From assembly GCA_004431415.1 (NCBI GenBank), contig QPMI01000177.1:55270-119269 (forward strand): a DNA stretch of 64,000 nt. Reading direction: 5' to 3'. This stretch comes from Cyanophora paradoxa CCMP329 (taxonomy: Eukaryota > Plantae > Glaucophyta). Positions 61,732-64,000 of this stretch are shown piece by piece. The notes under the pieces were generated by a model. The model did not search any database and had not been told where the DNA came from. It was given only the letters and a program-made list of their open reading frames with translations. Positions within the stretch are counted from its first letter, which is position 1, and every line of letters begins with the position of its first letter. The position numbers and the translations under genes were made by a program.

Positions 61732-62039
61732 CCGCGTGCAGAAGTCGCTCTTGATGGGTTTCTTGACGGGTTTCTTGACGAGGCGGGGAGCGCGGCCGCG
61801 GTCATCGTCGTGGCGAGGTCTGCGTGGGGGTTCATCGTCGTGTAGAGTCCATGGCAGGTCGTGATCTGCGATGAGAAGAGGCAAAAAGAGTGAGCCAAGC
61901 GGCGCGGGGAGAGGAGTTTTATCGGCGCCGAGGGCCCGAATCAAGCGAAGCGGCGGCAGGCAAAAAAAGAGCCAAATTGGGAGAGCGCACAACGCGGCGG
62001 CGCGCTTTCAAACGACTCGCGCGGGGGAGGGGGCGCGGA

Positions 62040-64000
62040 CCGCACATCGAATTTCGCATTCACGCAGGGGGAGCGGGGGTAGGTGCCGGGGCGGGGCGGA
62101 GGGGAAGGGCCAAGAGGGTACGCCAAAGTGCTGAAAGGTGGAGCGGGGTACGAAGAGGAGCATCTTCGCCCCGCACGAGCGCGGCCGCGGGCGACGCGCG
62201 GGCGCGCGAGGTCCTCGGGCAGGAGCCGCGCCGCGCCGTCCACGAAGAGGCTGATGCCGAGGTGTCGGAAGCCCGTGCGCGCCACGTCGATTCCGGACGA
62301 GGGGAGCGTGCGGCGCTCCTGGGGAGGTCCCGCGCAAAGATCGACGTGTACGCAAACCGACGCAGGGGTCCGGCCCCTCCCGCCCCTCCACGACGGGGCA
62401 CCACTCCGAGGCGCGCTGGGCGGGGGCGCCGGCGGCCTCGGCGAGGCGACCGAGGAGCCAGGTCACGTCCTCGGTGGGGAGGGCGGGAGACTCCTCCGCG
62501 GCGGGGAAGCCGAGGCCCTCCCGCGCCGCCCCGTCGTCCATCGCGAGGCGGCGCGCGCCAGGTCCCGCGCGCAGAGCGCCGCGACGTCGGGTCGGCGCCG
62601 GCGCCGAGGGGCGGCCGCGATCGGGGCGAGGGCCTCGGGGCCTCGGAGGCGGCGACGCGCGCCAGGACTCTGCGTAGGGCGACGCGCGGGTGGCCCCGTC
62701 CCCCTCCTCCTCCCCGTCGCCGGCCCCGCGCCAGCAGCGGGCGGCGTCCTCGCCGAGGACCGCGCGCGCGCCCCGGAGAAGAAGACCGCCGAGTGCACGC
62801 CCGACTTGAGGAGCCGGACGACGCGCTTCGCCGCGTCGCTCGGGCGGGGCGGGCCCCCGCCTCTGCCGGCGCGCCGGGGCGCCACCTCGCCGCCCTCGCG
62901 CCGCCGCCGCCCGCGCCCGCCGCCCGGAGCTTGGAATTTGGATCCTGGACGAGCGCGATCTGGAGGGAGCGCACGCCGGCCGCCAGGAGCGCCCGAGCGT
63001 CGCGTCGGGCGGGACGTCCCGCGGCCGTCCCGATCGCGCCCGTAGAGGCGCAGGCCGAGGAGGACGGTCTCGGGGTCGAAGCAGTAGCGCGTGCGCTTGA
63101 CGGTCCTGCGCGCGCCGCCCCGCACCACGCGCCGCGCGTCGGCCGCCGCGACGAGCACGCCGAGGCCCAGCTGCTCCGCGGCGTGGACGACGAGGTCGTG
63201 CAGGGGCGCCGCGCGCAGTCCCGATCGGGGAGGGGCGGCCCCCTTGTTGCGCTTCTCCGGGCGGAGGCACTCGAGCTGCCAGAGCTCGGCGCACTGCCAG
63301 CGGAGGGCGTCGGCGCGGTACGCGGCGATCGGCGAGTAGGGGATCGCGATCCGCTCCCACGCCGCGCGGCAGGCGTTTGCAAAGAGCCGCCCGAGGGGCC
63401 CGTCGGTAAAGATGCCACCCTCCTCGATCGCCTCGCCGAGCCCGCGCAGGCGCGCCGCGCCGCAGTCCTCCGGCCCCTCCCACGTCGCCCAGAAGAGGTA
63501 ACGGAGGCCGGCCGCGACGTCGCTCGCCGCCGCCGCCGCGCCGCCGCCGGGCGGGACGCGCGCGCCGAGCAGCTCAAAGAGCCGCAGGGCGCTCTCAAAG
63601 GGGCGGCGCCGCTCGCGGTGGTCCGGGAGGAGCGTCGCGCTCTCCTCGTCGGGGGCCGCCCCGAGGCGAGGTACGGAGGGTGTCGAGGGCGAACCGCTTG
63701 GAGAGGCGGAAGATCTCCGCCGGCGGGCTCTGCTCCGAGAGGCGGACCTCGGCGACGCCCACCTGCTCGGGCCGCAGCCCGAAGCGCGCGGCGGCCTTTT
63801 CGCGCTTCCAGGCGCGCCGCGCCGCGTCGGAGACCTCCACCGTGGGACGTCCCGTACTCCATGGCCCCCCGGATCGCCTTGGCGCAGTCGTAGCCCAGCA
63901 GCCCGGCGCGGCGACGATGGGAGGAGCCGCTCGCGCGCCTCGACCTCGGCCGCCAGGGGGACGGCAGAGTCCGAGTACCCCTCCGGCATCCAGGGAGGCC
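62040..64000 (-). CDS. Large protein entering from the right edge; possibly the C-terminal part of an origin-binding (UL9/CyRepA1-like) helicase
   Basis: Continuous coding-like sequence with frameshifts. Weak by-eye resemblance in AKAIRGA...SDAARRAWKREKAAARFGL.PEQV and EQLGL...R..RTRYCFD. Confidence 0.3.

Noticed and set aside
1-64000. Many long Arg/Pro/Gly/Ala-rich six-frame ORFs (e.g. 32375-35587, 30750-32912, 61890-63893)
   Set aside because: These are stop-poor shadow frames of very GC-rich DNA. Real coding segments switch frames at introns or indels.
50513-64000. Calling the element's genes pseudogenes because of frameshifts
   Set aside because: Similar frameshifts occur in conserved host genes in GC runs, so sequencing error is equally plausible without raw reads.

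Overview
This is GC-rich eukaryotic DNA from an alga or protist, with short (~45-80 nt) GT-AG introns. It resembles a glaucophyte such as Cyanophora by general impression only. Most long six-frame ORFs are GC artefacts, and real genes are broken by introns and probable indel errors. Host genes: a RING-pseudokinase-FxFG-Nup98-like fusion (-), an F-box gene, a secreted (SP)n protein, a soluble adenylyl cyclase-STAND NTPase (ADCY10-like), an EF-hand/WD40 protein head-to-head with an RNase II/R gene, and a small membrane protein. About 5.4-29 kb is a transposon graveyard: a Helitron/Helentron family (three 3' termini, one coding remnant, one clean insertion with an empty site), nested MITEs, a 139-bp exon/intron array, a ~6-kb dimeric satellite and an inverted RNase II pseudo-copy. 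From ~49.5 kb to the end lies a virus-like or giant mobile element. It carries a Skp1-like gene, an intron-containing Bro-N/Ulp1/tyrosine-recombinase gene, a GIY-YIG nuclease, a minimal TFIIB, a structured 192-bp array, an F-box gene and a possible origin-binding helicase tail. The most striking signal comes from comparing repeat copies. It is a pervasive stereotyped insertion, XYZ -> XYZ-rc(XYZ)-XYZ (+6) or XYZ-C-rc(XYZ)-G-XYZ (+8). This matches hairpin-mediated excision footprints of a CAC...GTG transposon with a 3-bp TSD, and two such elements are present in the window.
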